NCBI GenBank assembly: GCA_947589565.1
Contig: CANQBW010000001.1
Span: 48,687 to 112,686, forward strand
Direction of reading: 5' to 3'
Origin: an uncultured Clostridia bacterium
GTDB lineage: Bacteria > Bacillota > Clostridia > Christensenellales > Borkfalkiaceae
Length of the DNA: 64,000 nt
The notes beneath the pieces are model-generated. The model was not told the origin of the DNA. It ran no database searches and saw nothing but the letters and a program-made list of their open reading frames with translations. Numbering within the stretch: position 1 is the first letter of the stretch; each line of letters starts with the position of its first letter. Position numbers and translations under genes: made by a program. This document shows positions 34,318 through 43,219 of the stretch, in pieces.

Positions 34318-35970
34318 TCATTCCAAAGACAAGATATAATAGTAGACGGGCTGTCCGCCGTTGTGGTAATCGACGTCGCAGTCGGGGAATGCCGCGGAGA
34401 CCTTTTCCGCGAGCGCGGCAGCGTCTTCCTCGGTGACGTTCTCGCCGTAGTAGAGGGTGATGACCTCGTGCGAGTCCTCTTTGAGCTTATCCAACAAGGC
34501 AAGAACCGTCTCTTCGATGTTGTTGCTCTTTGCGAGGATCTTCTTGTCGTCGAGGCCGATGATGTCCCCCTCTTCGATGTTGAAACCGTTGACATTCGTC
34601 GTGCGGACGGCGTAGGTGACCTGTCCCGCCTTGACGTTGTCGAGCGCGTGGATCATGTTCGTCTTGTTCTCCTCGAGACTTGCATCGGGAGAGAAGGCGA
34701 GCGCAGCGGCAAAGCCCTGCGGCACGTTCTTGGTCGGAATGACGTGGATCGTGCGGTTCTCGACGAGCGCCTTTGCCTGCTCCGCCGCGAGAATGATGTT
34801 CTTGTTGTTGGGGAAGACGAAGACGTTGTCGGCGTTGATCTTCTGCACCGCCGTCGCGATGTCCGAGGCGGAGGGGTTCATCGTCTGCCCGCCCTCGATG
34901 ACGCGGTCGACGAAGAGGTCCTTGAAAATTTCCGAGATCCCCTCTCCCGCGCAGATGGCGAGCATTCCCTGCTCCTTCTTCTCCGCGGCGATCTTAGCCT
35001 TGAGCGCCCTGTTCTGTTCGAGCATGTTCTCGATCTTGGGTCTGTCCAATTCGCCGAGGGCGAGGGCATAGGTGAGCGCGACGCCGGGCGCATTCGTGTG
35101 GACATGGACTTTGATGAGCTCCAAGTCTCCGATACAGATGACGGAGTCGCCGATGCTCATGAGGTTTTCACGCAATTTGTCGATGTCGGCAAGGGTCGTG
35201 CTCTTCTTCAAGTTGATGACGAAAAATTCGGTGCAGTAGGCGAACTGGATTTCGCCGAGGTCCATGTTGATGATGTCGGAGTTGTCTCCGAAATCCGCGT
35301 CGAGGGAGGCATGGGACTTCGCCGCCTCCGTCTGCACCTCCGAGACGATCTCCTCTCCCATGAGGGCGGCCTGGAAGCCGCGCATGATCGTCATGAGCCC
35401 GACGCCGCCCGAGTCGACGACGCCCGCTTTCTTTAAGACGGGGAGAAGTTCGGGAGTCTTTGCAAGCGCACGGTCCCCCTCTTCGATGATGGCGGGAAGA
35501 AACTCCTCGAAGTCGCGGTACTTGCCCGCGTTCTTCATCGCAAACTCGCTCATCATGCGGACGACGGTCAGAATGGTGCCCTCTTTCGGGATCGCGACGG
35601 CGTTGTAGGCGACCTTGGTGCCCGACTCCATCGCCTTGGCAAAGGTGCGGGTATCCACCTCGGGCTTGCTCTGCCGCAAGATGAGACAGATCCCGCGGAA
35701 GATCTGCGAGAGAATGACGCCCGAATTGCCGCGCGCACCGCGCAGCGCACCCTTCGAGACGACGTCGCAGACTTCCATAAAATTATTGGAGGATGTTCCT
35801 TTGAGCTCCTTGACGGCGGATTGCAGGGTGAGAGACATATTCGTCCCTGTATCGCCGTCCGGAACGGGGAAGACGTTCAGCGCGTCCACCTTTGCGCGAT
35901 TGTTCTCGAGCATCTTTGCGCTCACGAGAACCATCTTCCGGAACATCGCGCAGTTTATCGTTTTCTGCAT
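34318..35970 (-). CDS. yloV: DAK2 domain fusion protein YloV
   Basis: 550 aa. Contains VFPVPDGDTGTNM. Size and position (asp23-yloV-recG) match B. subtilis. Confidence 0.9.
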   Translation of the reverse strand: MQKTINCAMFRKMVLVSAKMLENNRAKVDALNVFPVPDGDTGTNMSLTLQSAVKELKGTSSNNFMEVCDVVSKGALRGARGNSGVILSQIFRGICLILRQSKPEVDTRTFAKAMESGTKVAYNAVAIPKEGTILTVVRMMSEFAMKNAGKYRDFEEFLPAIIEEGDRALAKTPELLPVLKKAGVVDSGGVGLMTIMRGFQAALMGEEIVSEVQTEAAKSHASLDADFGDNSDIINMDLGEIQFAYCTEFFVINLKKSTTLADIDKLRENLMSIGDSVICIGDLELIKVHVHTNAPGVALTYALALGELDRPKIENMLEQNRALKAKIAAEKKEQGMLAICAGEGISEIFKDLFVDRVIEGGQTMNPSASDIATAVQKINADNVFVFPNNKNIILAAEQAKALVENRTIHVIPTKNVPQGFAAALAFSPDASLEENKTNMIHALDNVKAGQVTYAVRTTNVNGFNIEEGDIIGLDDKKILAKSNNIEETVLALLDKLKEDSHEVITLYYGENVTEEDAAALAEKVSAAFPDCDVDYHNGGQPVYYYILSLE

Positions 35971-36004
35971 GAGAGATTTCTACTCCTTTTCTCCGCAAAC
36001 GCTC

Positions 36005-36355
36005 TCACAGCTTTAAGCCCATAACGTTTACGTTTACGGTGTCCACAAACATACCCGTGAACCGTTCGACCTTGTATTTGATGGCTTCCTTCAGCGACTC
36101 CGCAACTGCTTCGATGGAGACGCCGTACTTTATCAGAACATAGATATCGATATAGATGCGGTTGCCGCTCGTCGTCACTTTGACGCCCTTGCCGCCCGCC
36201 TCTTTTCCGAACAGCCCCGCAAGCGTGTCCGTAAAGCGGCGCGCAACGGTATCCACGATGCCATAGCTCTCCATCGCGGCTTGTTGTACGATCTTTGCGA
36301 TCGCCAGGTCGGAAATTGAAATTTTTCCGTATGCGTTACTCGTGCTGACAGACAT
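36005..36355 (-). CDS. Asp23/Gls24 family envelope stress protein (YloU-like)
   Basis: 116 aa. [25 protein letters not shown]...[16 protein letters not shown] is the typical Asp23 pattern. Confidence 0.9.
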   Translation of the reverse strand: MSVSTSNAYGKISISDLAIAKIVQQAAMESYGIVDTVARRFTDTLAGLFGKEAGGKGVKVTTSGNRIYIDIYVLIKYGVSIEAVAESLKEAIKYKVERFTGMFVDTVNVNVMGLKL

Positions 36356-36475
36356 TTCTTTTTTCCCGTTTGATTCCTACTTCCTATTTTATCCTATTAT
36401 TCCACATTTGGCAAGCATTATTAGAAAAATTTTTTGATTCCGACCAAAAAAAAACAATTTCCGCCCCTTTTTTAA

Positions 36476-36504
36476 TTGCTTTTTTTCATGAAAAATGTTA
36501 TGAT
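36476..36504 (+). promoter_or_regulatory. sigma-A promoter of rpmB
   Basis: TTGCTT (36476-36481), 17 nt, TGT-TATGAT (36499-36504). Confidence 0.55.
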
Positions 36505-36546
36505 ACCTTTAGTTTGATTCGCAATAACCCTATCGGAGGTGATAAT

Positions 36547-36735
36547 ATGTCGAGAGTATGCAGCGTATGCGGAAAGGGCCGCGCTTCGGGAAACAACGTG
36601 AGCCATTCCAACCGCAAGACGAAGAGAACGTTTGAAGCCAATGTGCAGAAGGTCACTTACAAGGCGGACGGAAAAGTCACGACCGACTATGTCTGCGCAA
36701 GATGCTTGAAGAGCAACAAGATCGAGCGCGTTTAA
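36547..36735 (+). CDS. rpmB: 50S ribosomal protein L28
   Basis: Start moved to ATG 36547 behind [41 protein letters not shown] is canonical L28. Confidence 0.95.
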   Translation: MSRVCSVCGKGRASGNNVSHSNRKTKRTFEANVQKVTYKADGKVTTDYVCARCLKSNKIERV

Positions 36736-36747
36736 CCGCACAAAAAA

Positions 36748-36777
36748 GACGGTTCGGCAATCTGCCGAGCCGTTTTT
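36748..36777. terminator. bidirectional intrinsic terminator (rpmB / dipeptidase)
   Basis: GACGGTTCGGCA-ATC-TGCCGAGCCGT, with TTTTC on the plus strand and CTTTTTTG on the minus strand. Confidence 0.65.
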
Positions 36778-37677
36778 CTATTCCAAAACATCTTTGAAGA
36801 AGCGAAGGGCGTTTCCTTTCGCGATCTTTTCCGCAACGCGCGGGGAAAATTCTTTTTCGAAGCGCGATAAAAGGCGCGGAACGTCCTTTGGACCCTTTAT
36901 AAAAGCATTTTCCTCTGTGCCGTCGAAGTCGCTGCCGAGGCACAAAATATCCTCGCCGCCGACGTTTAAAAGATGCCTCGCATGTCGAAGAAGTCCCTCT
37001 CTCTGCTCCTCGGGGGTGCGGTCGGAGGAGATAAAATCCATGCAGAAGGGAAGGCCGATCACCCCGCCGCTGTCCGCAATCAAGCGAATCTGCCTGTCCT
37101 CTAAATTCCGCGCGTGGGAAAGGACCGCCTCTGCCCCCGAATGACTCGCGAGAAAGGGTTTCCCCCGCTCTTTACAGACAGAAGCGACGTCTTCGACAAG
37201 CTTGTCGCTCCCGTGGGAGACGTCGACCGCCATGGAAAGATCGCACATTTTTGCGACGACTTCTCTTCCGAAGGCTGTCAGTCCCCTCTCCTTTTCGCGG
37301 AACTTGGGATCGCCGCGGAAGTTGGGACTTCCGATCTCGTTGTCAAAATTCCAGGTCAGGGTGATGAGCCGCACCCCCCGCGCATGGAAATATGCGAGTT
37401 TTTCAAGGCTCCCCTCGAGCGCACCGCCCTCCTCCACCGAGAGAAGGGCGTTGATTTTTTCGGATTGAATGTCCGAAAACTTCCGCACGGGAGAAATGCC
37501 GCCTTTTGAAAGTTCGTCAAACTTTTCGAAGAGGGCGTTCGCCTTGTCAAAGAGACGCTCGCCCGAAACGAACGCCGCAAAGACCTGCATTAGACAGTCC
37601 CCCTCTTCGAGGTTCTCTCTTTTGACGCATGGCTTCGGACTCAAAAGCGCGTCGCAGTGCAAATCGATATATTTCAT
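36778..37677 (-). CDS. membrane dipeptidase (peptidase M19 family)
   Basis: Start moved to ATG 37677 (MKYIDLHCDALL). DVSHGSDK and ASHSGA blocks fit the renal-dipeptidase-like fold. Confidence 0.75.
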   Translation of the reverse strand: MKYIDLHCDALLSPKPCVKRENLEEGDCLMQVFAAFVSGERLFDKANALFEKFDELSKGGISPVRKFSDIQSEKINALLSVEEGGALEGSLEKLAYFHARGVRLITLTWNFDNEIGSPNFRGDPKFREKERGLTAFGREVVAKMCDLSMAVDVSHGSDKLVEDVASVCKERGKPFLASHSGAEAVLSHARNLEDRQIRLIADSGGVIGLPFCMDFISSDRTPEEQREGLLRHARHLLNVGGEDILCLGSDFDGTEENAFIKGPKDVPRLLSRFEKEFSPRVAEKIAKGNALRFFKDVLE

Positions 37678-37735
37678 TTCCGATAGAAGAGCCGCACGAT
37701 GCAGCCCAAAACCTTCGGCAGTTTCAAGCAAATAA

Positions 37736-38347
37736 TCATATTATCTCCCGATTAAAAATCACAAGCAAAAAGCCTTCTTTCACGCGGAAGGAGCATTCTT
37801 CCCCCTCCGCGAGATTGGAAATTCCGCGCGTGGAGCCCGTTTTCAGCCAAAGATCCTCCTCCGCATACTTGAGCCCCCGCATTTCCATGATATGCGCGTC
37901 CCCGCCGAAGGGCAACAGGGAAACCGTCTGTCCGCTTTTTGCGGCAAAGCGATATTCTCCCTCGCCGAGAAGGGAAATTTGGGAGTCATTGTTGACCATC
38001 GTCGCCCGAACGCCCGCCTTCGCCGCTCTGTAAAGAAGGTGAAGGTTTCCGAGAAAATGATCCTCCCGCCTTCCCCCGCCGCCGAAGATGAGAATTTCTT
38101 CGGGAGAGAGCGAGACCGCGCGGTCGAGGGCGATCTCCCCGTCCGTCATGTCCTTTTCGGAAGGGTAGATTTTGCTCGGCGGAGGGTCGGGAGTTCCCAC
38201 GACGGAGTCGAAGTCGCCGACGTTTTCATCGATGCGGACTCTCCCCTTCGCCCAATTGTAGGCGCCGTCGCAGCAGATGACATAGGCGTCTTTAACGTCG
38301 ATCTTCCCGCGGTAGGGCTCGCCGTTTAGAAGAATGACCGCTCTCAT
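37736..38347 (-). CDS. thiN: thiamine pyrophosphokinase
   Basis: ILLNGE, CCDGAYNW, GDFDSV and C-terminal beta-domain motifs. Follows rpe as in B. subtilis (yloS). Confidence 0.85.
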   Translation of the reverse strand: MRAVILLNGEPYRGKIDVKDAYVICCDGAYNWAKGRVRIDENVGDFDSVVGTPDPPPSKIYPSEKDMTDGEIALDRAVSLSPEEILIFGGGGRREDHFLGNLHLLYRAAKAGVRATMVNNDSQISLLGEGEYRFAAKSGQTVSLLPFGGDAHIMEMRGLKYAEEDLWLKTGSTRGISNLAEGEECSFRVKEGFLLVIFNREII

Positions 38348-38988
38348 CCGCGCAGCCTCGCGATCGTCTTTTTCATATCGGGGGAGCGGAACACGGCGCT
38401 GCCCGCCACGATGACGTTTGCGCCCGCCTCTCTGATCTCCTTTACGTTCTCCTCGGTCACGCCGCCGTCGATCTCGATGTCGGGCGTAAAGCCGTGGGAA
38501 ATACAGAAATTTTTGAGTTTTTCGAGCTTTTCAAGGCTCTCGGGGATAAACTTTTGTCCGCCCCAGCCGGGGTGAACGCTCATCACGAGGAGCATGTCCG
38601 CCTCTTCCGCGGCGGGGAAGAGTTTTTCGATCGCGGTCTCGGGGTTGACGACTGCGCCCGCCTTGACCCCGAGCGATTTGATCATTCTCATGACCTTCAA
38701 AACGTCGCACGCCTCCGCATGGACGGTGATATAGTCCGCCCCCGCCTTGGCGAAGTCCTCGATATGCGTCTCGGGGTGCAGGACCATGAGATGACAATCG
38801 AGGGGAAGACGGGTGTGCGGGCGAAGATTTTTCACCATCTGTGCCCCGAAGGTGATGGGCGGGACGAAATTTCCGTCCATGACGTCGCAGTGCACGAGGT
38901 CGGCGCCGCTCTTTTCGAGTTTTTCGACCGCCTCCCCCGCCGCGGAAAAGTCGCACGACAGAATGGACGGCGCAATTTTCATGTTCAT
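38344..38988 (-). CDS. rpe: ribulose-phosphate 3-epimerase
   Basis: MNMKIAPSILSCDF, HCDVMDGNFVP, MSVHPGWGGQKF. The start could be 38988 or 38982. Confidence 0.92.
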   Translation of the reverse strand: MNMKIAPSILSCDFSAAGEAVEKLEKSGADLVHCDVMDGNFVPPITFGAQMVKNLRPHTRLPLDCHLMVLHPETHIEDFAKAGADYITVHAEACDVLKVMRMIKSLGVKAGAVVNPETAIEKLFPAAEEADMLLVMSVHPGWGGQKFIPESLEKLEKLKNFCISHGFTPDIEIDGGVTEENVKEIREAGANVIVAGSAVFRSPDMKKTIARLRG

Positions 38989-38995
38989 AGTTTCT

Positions 38996-39592
38996 CTACT
39001 CATAGAAAAATTCCTCTGCAAGTTGATGGTTCGTTTTATAGTACAGTCTGCCGTCTTCGGCGTAGAAGGTCTCGTTCTCCTCGTTTACCGTGAAGGAGTA
39101 GACGACCTTAAAGAGAACGTCGAACGTCTCCCCCTCGGGATCGAGGTCGCGGATCCCCCAAAAACAGTCGTCAATGTAGGTCAGTTCCTTGAGGTTTTTG
39201 CCGATATGGACGGTCAGAACGATCGTCTCGTACTCGTCTCCTTGCGGAACGGTGACATCGTGACAGCCGTAGACGTCCTCTCCCCCATCGACCCAAAGGG
39301 AGAAGGGACAGGGAAACCCCCTTCCGATGTATCCGCCGAGCATAGTGACGGGAATGCCCTCGAAGGTATCGGGGATCGTAAACTCCCTCTTTTCCCCCGC
39401 CTCGCAGCCGTAGCAGAACGCCTTCTTGGTCAATTTATTGTATCCGATGTTCATGCCGTCCTCCGTCACGGCGTCCTCGTACTGCGCGAGGATAAACACC
39501 AAGATGAGGACGAACGGAAAGATCAGAAGCGCCATAAGGATACAGGTGAACGAGATCGCGATGACTTTGATCGCCTTTGCATTTTTTTTCAC
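38996..39592 (-). CDS. hypothetical membrane-anchored protein
   Basis: The track ORF (303 aa) overlaps rlmN. Trimmed to GTG 39592 behind GGGGGAGAAAG (VKKNAKAIKVIAISFTCILMALLIFPFVLILVFILA), and that GTG overlaps the rlmN TGA. One TM, then a Cys-rich soluble domain of about 160 aa. No family recognised. Confidence 0.55.
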   Translation of the reverse strand: MKKNAKAIKVIAISFTCILMALLIFPFVLILVFILAQYEDAVTEDGMNIGYNKLTKKAFCYGCEAGEKREFTIPDTFEGIPVTMLGGYIGRGFPCPFSLWVDGGEDVYGCHDVTVPQGDEYETIVLTVHIGKNLKELTYIDDCFWGIRDLDPEGETFDVLFKVVYSFTVNEENETFYAEDGRLYYKTNHQLAEEFFYE

Positions 39593-40635
39593 GGTCTTTC
39601 TCCCCCGAGGAACCTTGCCCTCAGCTGCCCGCAGGCGCCGCCGATGTCGGAGCCCATGCTGCGGCGGAAGGTCGCGGAGATGCCCTCTTCTTCTAAAAAT
39701 TTTAAAAACCGTTGCGCCTCTTGGTCGGAGGCGGAAAGGAGCGTCCGCTCCTTCACCTCGTTGAGTTTGATGAGATTGACATGGCAGGGCCTGCCTTTCA
39801 GGAGTTTTGCAAGGGCGCGGGCATGATCTTCGTCGCTGTTCTCCCCCGTGATGAGGGTGTATTCGAAGATGTATCTTCTTCCCGTCGCCTCGAAGTAGGC
39901 GGAACACGCCTTTAAAATTTCCGAAATCGAGTATTTTGCGGCGATCGGCATGGTGCGGCGGCGCTCCTCGTCGGTGACGGCGTGCAGAGAGATCGCAAGG
40001 GTCAGAGGAATGCCCTCGTCCTTGAATTTGTAAATTTCGGGCACGATCCCGCAGGTCGAGAGGCTGATATTGCGCGCGCCGATGTTGATCCCCCCCTCCG
40101 CGGTGACATTTTTCAAGAATTTGACGACATTTTCATAGTTGTCGAAGGGCTCGCCGCTCCCCATGAGGACGAGATTTTTGACGGCTCTGTTCTTTAAATT
40201 TCCCCCTTCGAGGCGGTTGACCGTCGTAACCTGAGCAAGAATTTCCCCCGCCGTGAGATTTCTTTTGAGTCCGCCTAACGTCGAGGCGCAGAATTTACAG
40301 CCCATTCTGCACCCGACCTGCGTGGAGACGCACTGCGAATTTCCGTAGTCGTGGCGCATGAAGACGCCTTCGATGAGGTTTCCGTCCGAAAGAGAGAACA
40401 GAAATTTTTCTGTCTCTCCGTCTGAAGAAGAAAATTTCTCGACGACTTTCACAGGCTCGTCCTCAAACCGTTCGAGAAGTTTTTCTCGGAAAGCGGAAGA
40501 CACGGGAAGAGCGGAAATTTTCTTCCCCTGCATGAGCCCTAAATAAATTTGTTCCGCGCGGAACTTCTTTTCCCCCATTCTCTCGACGAGAGAAAAAATT
40601 TCCTCGCGCGTAAGATCTTGCAAAATTTCCTTCAT
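39589..40635 (-). CDS. rlmN: 23S rRNA/tRNA A2503 C2-methyltransferase (radical SAM)
   Basis: FRAEQIY, CVSTQVGCRMGCKFCAST, GSGEPFDNY, and the C-terminal GSDIGGACGQL. Confidence 0.95.
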   Translation of the reverse strand: MKEILQDLTREEIFSLVERMGEKKFRAEQIYLGLMQGKKISALPVSSAFREKLLERFEDEPVKVVEKFSSSDGETEKFLFSLSDGNLIEGVFMRHDYGNSQCVSTQVGCRMGCKFCASTLGGLKRNLTAGEILAQVTTVNRLEGGNLKNRAVKNLVLMGSGEPFDNYENVVKFLKNVTAEGGINIGARNISLSTCGIVPEIYKFKDEGIPLTLAISLHAVTDEERRRTMPIAAKYSISEILKACSAYFEATGRRYIFEYTLITGENSDEDHARALAKLLKGRPCHVNLIKLNEVKERTLLSASDQEAQRFLKFLEEEGISATFRRSMGSDIGGACGQLRARFLGGERP

Positions 40636-41858
40636 ACTCTCCTCATTTTGGCGACGAAAAATCCCGCGCCGAACGCCCTATCCGGCAAGAATTGAATGCC
40701 GCACTTCGTCTTTTCATGGGGAAGGGGCGAAGTGAGCGGTAAACCGCTAAATTCTTTATTTTCCTTTAAAAAATCCTCTGCCGCACCGTCGTTCTCCTCT
40801 TCCAAAATCGAACAAGTCGAATAGTACAAAGTTCCGCCCGGTTTTACATAGCGGGCACAATTGCTTAAAATCGCCCGTTGAATTTTTAAAAGCGCGGGAA
40901 AATCCTCCTCTTTTTTGCGCAAGGGAAGGTCGGGATTCTCCGCAACCGTTCCAAGTCCCGTACAGGGAACATCGCACAGAACTCCGTCGAAAAAGCTCTC
41001 CCATTCGGGCCTATAAACCGAGGAATCTTCCTCGAAAATTTGAATATTTTGGACGTTCATGCGCTTTGCATAGCTTCCGATGAGCTCCGCGCGATGGGGA
41101 TAAACTTCCGCGGCGTACACTTCCCGGCATTTTTCGGACAAAAGCACGCTCTTGCCGCCGGGAGCCGCGCAGGCGTCGAGAAGTTTGTCACAAGGGTCGA
41201 TACAGCCGCAGATCGCGACGCTCCCGACCGACTGAAAGGTGTAATTCCCCTTGAAAAAGTTCTCGTCCCTCGTGAAATTGGGAAAGAGAAAGACCTTTTC
41301 AAAGGGCGTATTCTCATGCGGAAGGGTGAGATACTCCTCCTCTCCCCTTAAAAAGCGCACGCTGACGCCGCGGCTTCTTGCAAGCAGAATGGACTCCGCC
41401 CGCTCACCGTATTGAGCCCTGATTTTCTTCACCGCAAAGAGCGGAAAGTTCGAAAGGAGCGCAAGTTTTTCGTCCCCTTCGGGAAGGACGATCTTCTCTT
41501 CGTCGAAGGAGCGAAGGAAGGCATTGACGAATCCCCCCATACCCCCCTTCCCCATGCGTTTGAGAAGGTCGACCGCCGTGTCCGTGACCATGTAGCGAGG
41601 TTTCTTTAAAAATATCAGATGATAGAGCGATATTTTGAGCAAGATGCGCACGGGCTGTTTGGGACTCTTTTGCGCAAAGGTTTTGATCGCGAGGGACAGA
41701 TATCCGTCGTTTTCAAGCACGCCGTAAACTGTTTTTACAGTGTGGGCGCGATTCGAAGGCTCCAGATCGACCTCGCTCAAAGCAATTTTGAGGTGTGCGC
41801 CCTGCGCATAGATTTTGTTCAAGACGCGGTAGGCGTCATAGAAGGGATTGCTTTTCAA
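40632..41858 (-). CDS. rsmB: 16S rRNA m5C967 methyltransferase RsmB/Sun
   Basis: NusB-like N-terminus, DACAAPGGK, DGVLCDVPCTGLGT and YSTCS. Confidence 0.88.
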   Translation of the reverse strand: MKSNPFYDAYRVLNKIYAQGAHLKIALSEVDLEPSNRAHTVKTVYGVLENDGYLSLAIKTFAQKSPKQPVRILLKISLYHLIFLKKPRYMVTDTAVDLLKRMGKGGMGGFVNAFLRSFDEEKIVLPEGDEKLALLSNFPLFAVKKIRAQYGERAESILLARSRGVSVRFLRGEEEYLTLPHENTPFEKVFLFPNFTRDENFFKGNYTFQSVGSVAICGCIDPCDKLLDACAAPGGKSVLLSEKCREVYAAEVYPHRAELIGSYAKRMNVQNIQIFEEDSSVYRPEWESFFDGVLCDVPCTGLGTVAENPDLPLRKKEEDFPALLKIQRAILSNCARYVKPGGTLYYSTCSILEEENDGAAEDFLKENKEFSGLPLTSPLPHEKTKCGIQFLPDRAFGAGFFVAKMRRV

Positions 41859-42753
41859 ACTTCTGCCCCTTGGAAAGTTTTCTTCCGTTGAGATAGTCCC
41901 GTGCGGACATGACCCTTCCGCCCGCGGGCTGCAAAGATAAAATTTCGACGGCGCCCTTCCCGCACTTGATAACGAGCCCCTCTTTGGGCGACGCGGAGAG
42001 AATTTCCCCGCACTCCCCCTCCATTGCGGAAACTTCTTTCGCTAAATAAAAATTTAAGGTCTGTCCCCCGACGGTCGCATAGGCGAGCGGGGCGGGAGAG
42101 AGCCCGCGAATGAGCCCGCTCACTTCTTTTGCGGGCTTTGTAAAATCCACCTCGGTGCGGGAAACCTTTTTGCAGACAAAGCCCTCCCCCTGTCTTTGAA
42201 GGGAAATTTCGCCGCGCGCGATTCTGTCGATCGCCTCGCCGATCATCTCCCCCGCAAGATGGGAGAGTTTTTCGCCGAGCGTGCCCGCCGTATCGTCCTC
42301 CGCGATGGGGATTTTTCGGGAAAAGAGAATGTCGCCCGTGTCGAGGCCGAGCTCCGTCTTCATGATCGTAATTCCCGTCTCCTTCTCCCCTTCCATGATG
42401 GCGCGGGCGATGGGCGCAGCTCCCCTGTAGCGCGGAAGAAGGGAAGCGTGGATGTTCCAAACGCCCAAGGGGAAGAGGTTTAAGATATCCTCTCTCAAAA
42501 TTTTCCCGTAGGCGCAGGTGACCATGAGGTCGGCTTTGAGCGCCTCGAGCTCCTCTCGGTGCGCGCTCAAGTCCTCAAATTGAAAGACTTTGAGCCCCTC
42601 TGCCGCAACTTTGACGGGGGGCGGCGTCAAAATGCCCTTCCTTCCCTGCTTTTTGTCGGGCTGGGTGAGGACGGCGACGACCTCTCCCCGCTCCATGAGC
42701 TTTTTTAAGGGGCAGAGGGCAAATTCGGGAGTTCCCGCAAACAGAATCTTCAT
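41836..42753 (-). CDS. fmt: methionyl-tRNA formyltransferase
   Basis: MKILFAGTPEFA, NIHASLLPRYRGAAPI. Confidence 0.95.
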   Translation of the reverse strand: MKILFAGTPEFALCPLKKLMERGEVVAVLTQPDKKQGRKGILTPPPVKVAAEGLKVFQFEDLSAHREELEALKADLMVTCAYGKILREDILNLFPLGVWNIHASLLPRYRGAAPIARAIMEGEKETGITIMKTELGLDTGDILFSRKIPIAEDDTAGTLGEKLSHLAGEMIGEAIDRIARGEISLQRQGEGFVCKKVSRTEVDFTKPAKEVSGLIRGLSPAPLAYATVGGQTLNFYLAKEVSAMEGECGEILSASPKEGLVIKCGKGAVEILSLQPAGGRVMSARDYLNGRKLSKGQKFEKQSLL

Positions 42754-43209
42754 TTAATCCTCCGCGTCGTGCACGTCTTTGGAAAGATCGGTATAGAGAA
42801 TGCCGTCCAAGTGGTCGAGTTCATGGCAGACGGCGCGGGCGAAGAAATCGCGGGCGACGAGGGAATACTTGTCCCCGTTCCTGTCCTGAAAGATGATCTT
42901 GACCTTGTCGGGACGGGTGACGGTGCCCGCCTTTCCCTTGACGGAGAGACACCCTTCGGGACCCGTCTGCTCCCCCTTCTTCCAGATGAATTTGGGGTTG
43001 ATGAACTCGAAGTAGCCCTCCTCGACGTCGACGACGACGGCGCGAATGGGAACGCCCACCTGGGGAGCCGCAAGTCCCGCCCCCTTCGCCTCTTTCAAGG
43101 TCTCCTTCATGTTGTCGAGAAGCTCACAAAGCGCCGGGTCGAAGCGGGTGACCGTCTTGCATGTCTCCCGCAAGACGGGACTTCCCACCTGTAAAATTTC
43201 CAATAGCAT
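42754..43209 (-). CDS. def: peptide deformylase
   Basis: GAGLAAPQVG, EGCLS, HELDHL. Confidence 0.95.
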   Translation of the reverse strand: MLLEILQVGSPVLRETCKTVTRFDPALCELLDNMKETLKEAKGAGLAAPQVGVPIRAVVVDVEEGYFEFINPKFIWKKGEQTGPEGCLSVKGKAGTVTRPDKVKIIFQDRNGDKYSLVARDFFARAVCHELDHLDGILYTDLSKDVHDAED

Positions 43210-43219
43210 ACCTTTTCTC

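Noticed and set aside
39593-39907. The upstream 105 codons of track ORF 38996..39907.
   Set aside because: It overlaps the 3' end of rlmN in another frame and translates to an R/G-rich string. A GTG with a strong SD at 39592 gives a sensible signal-anchor N-terminus.
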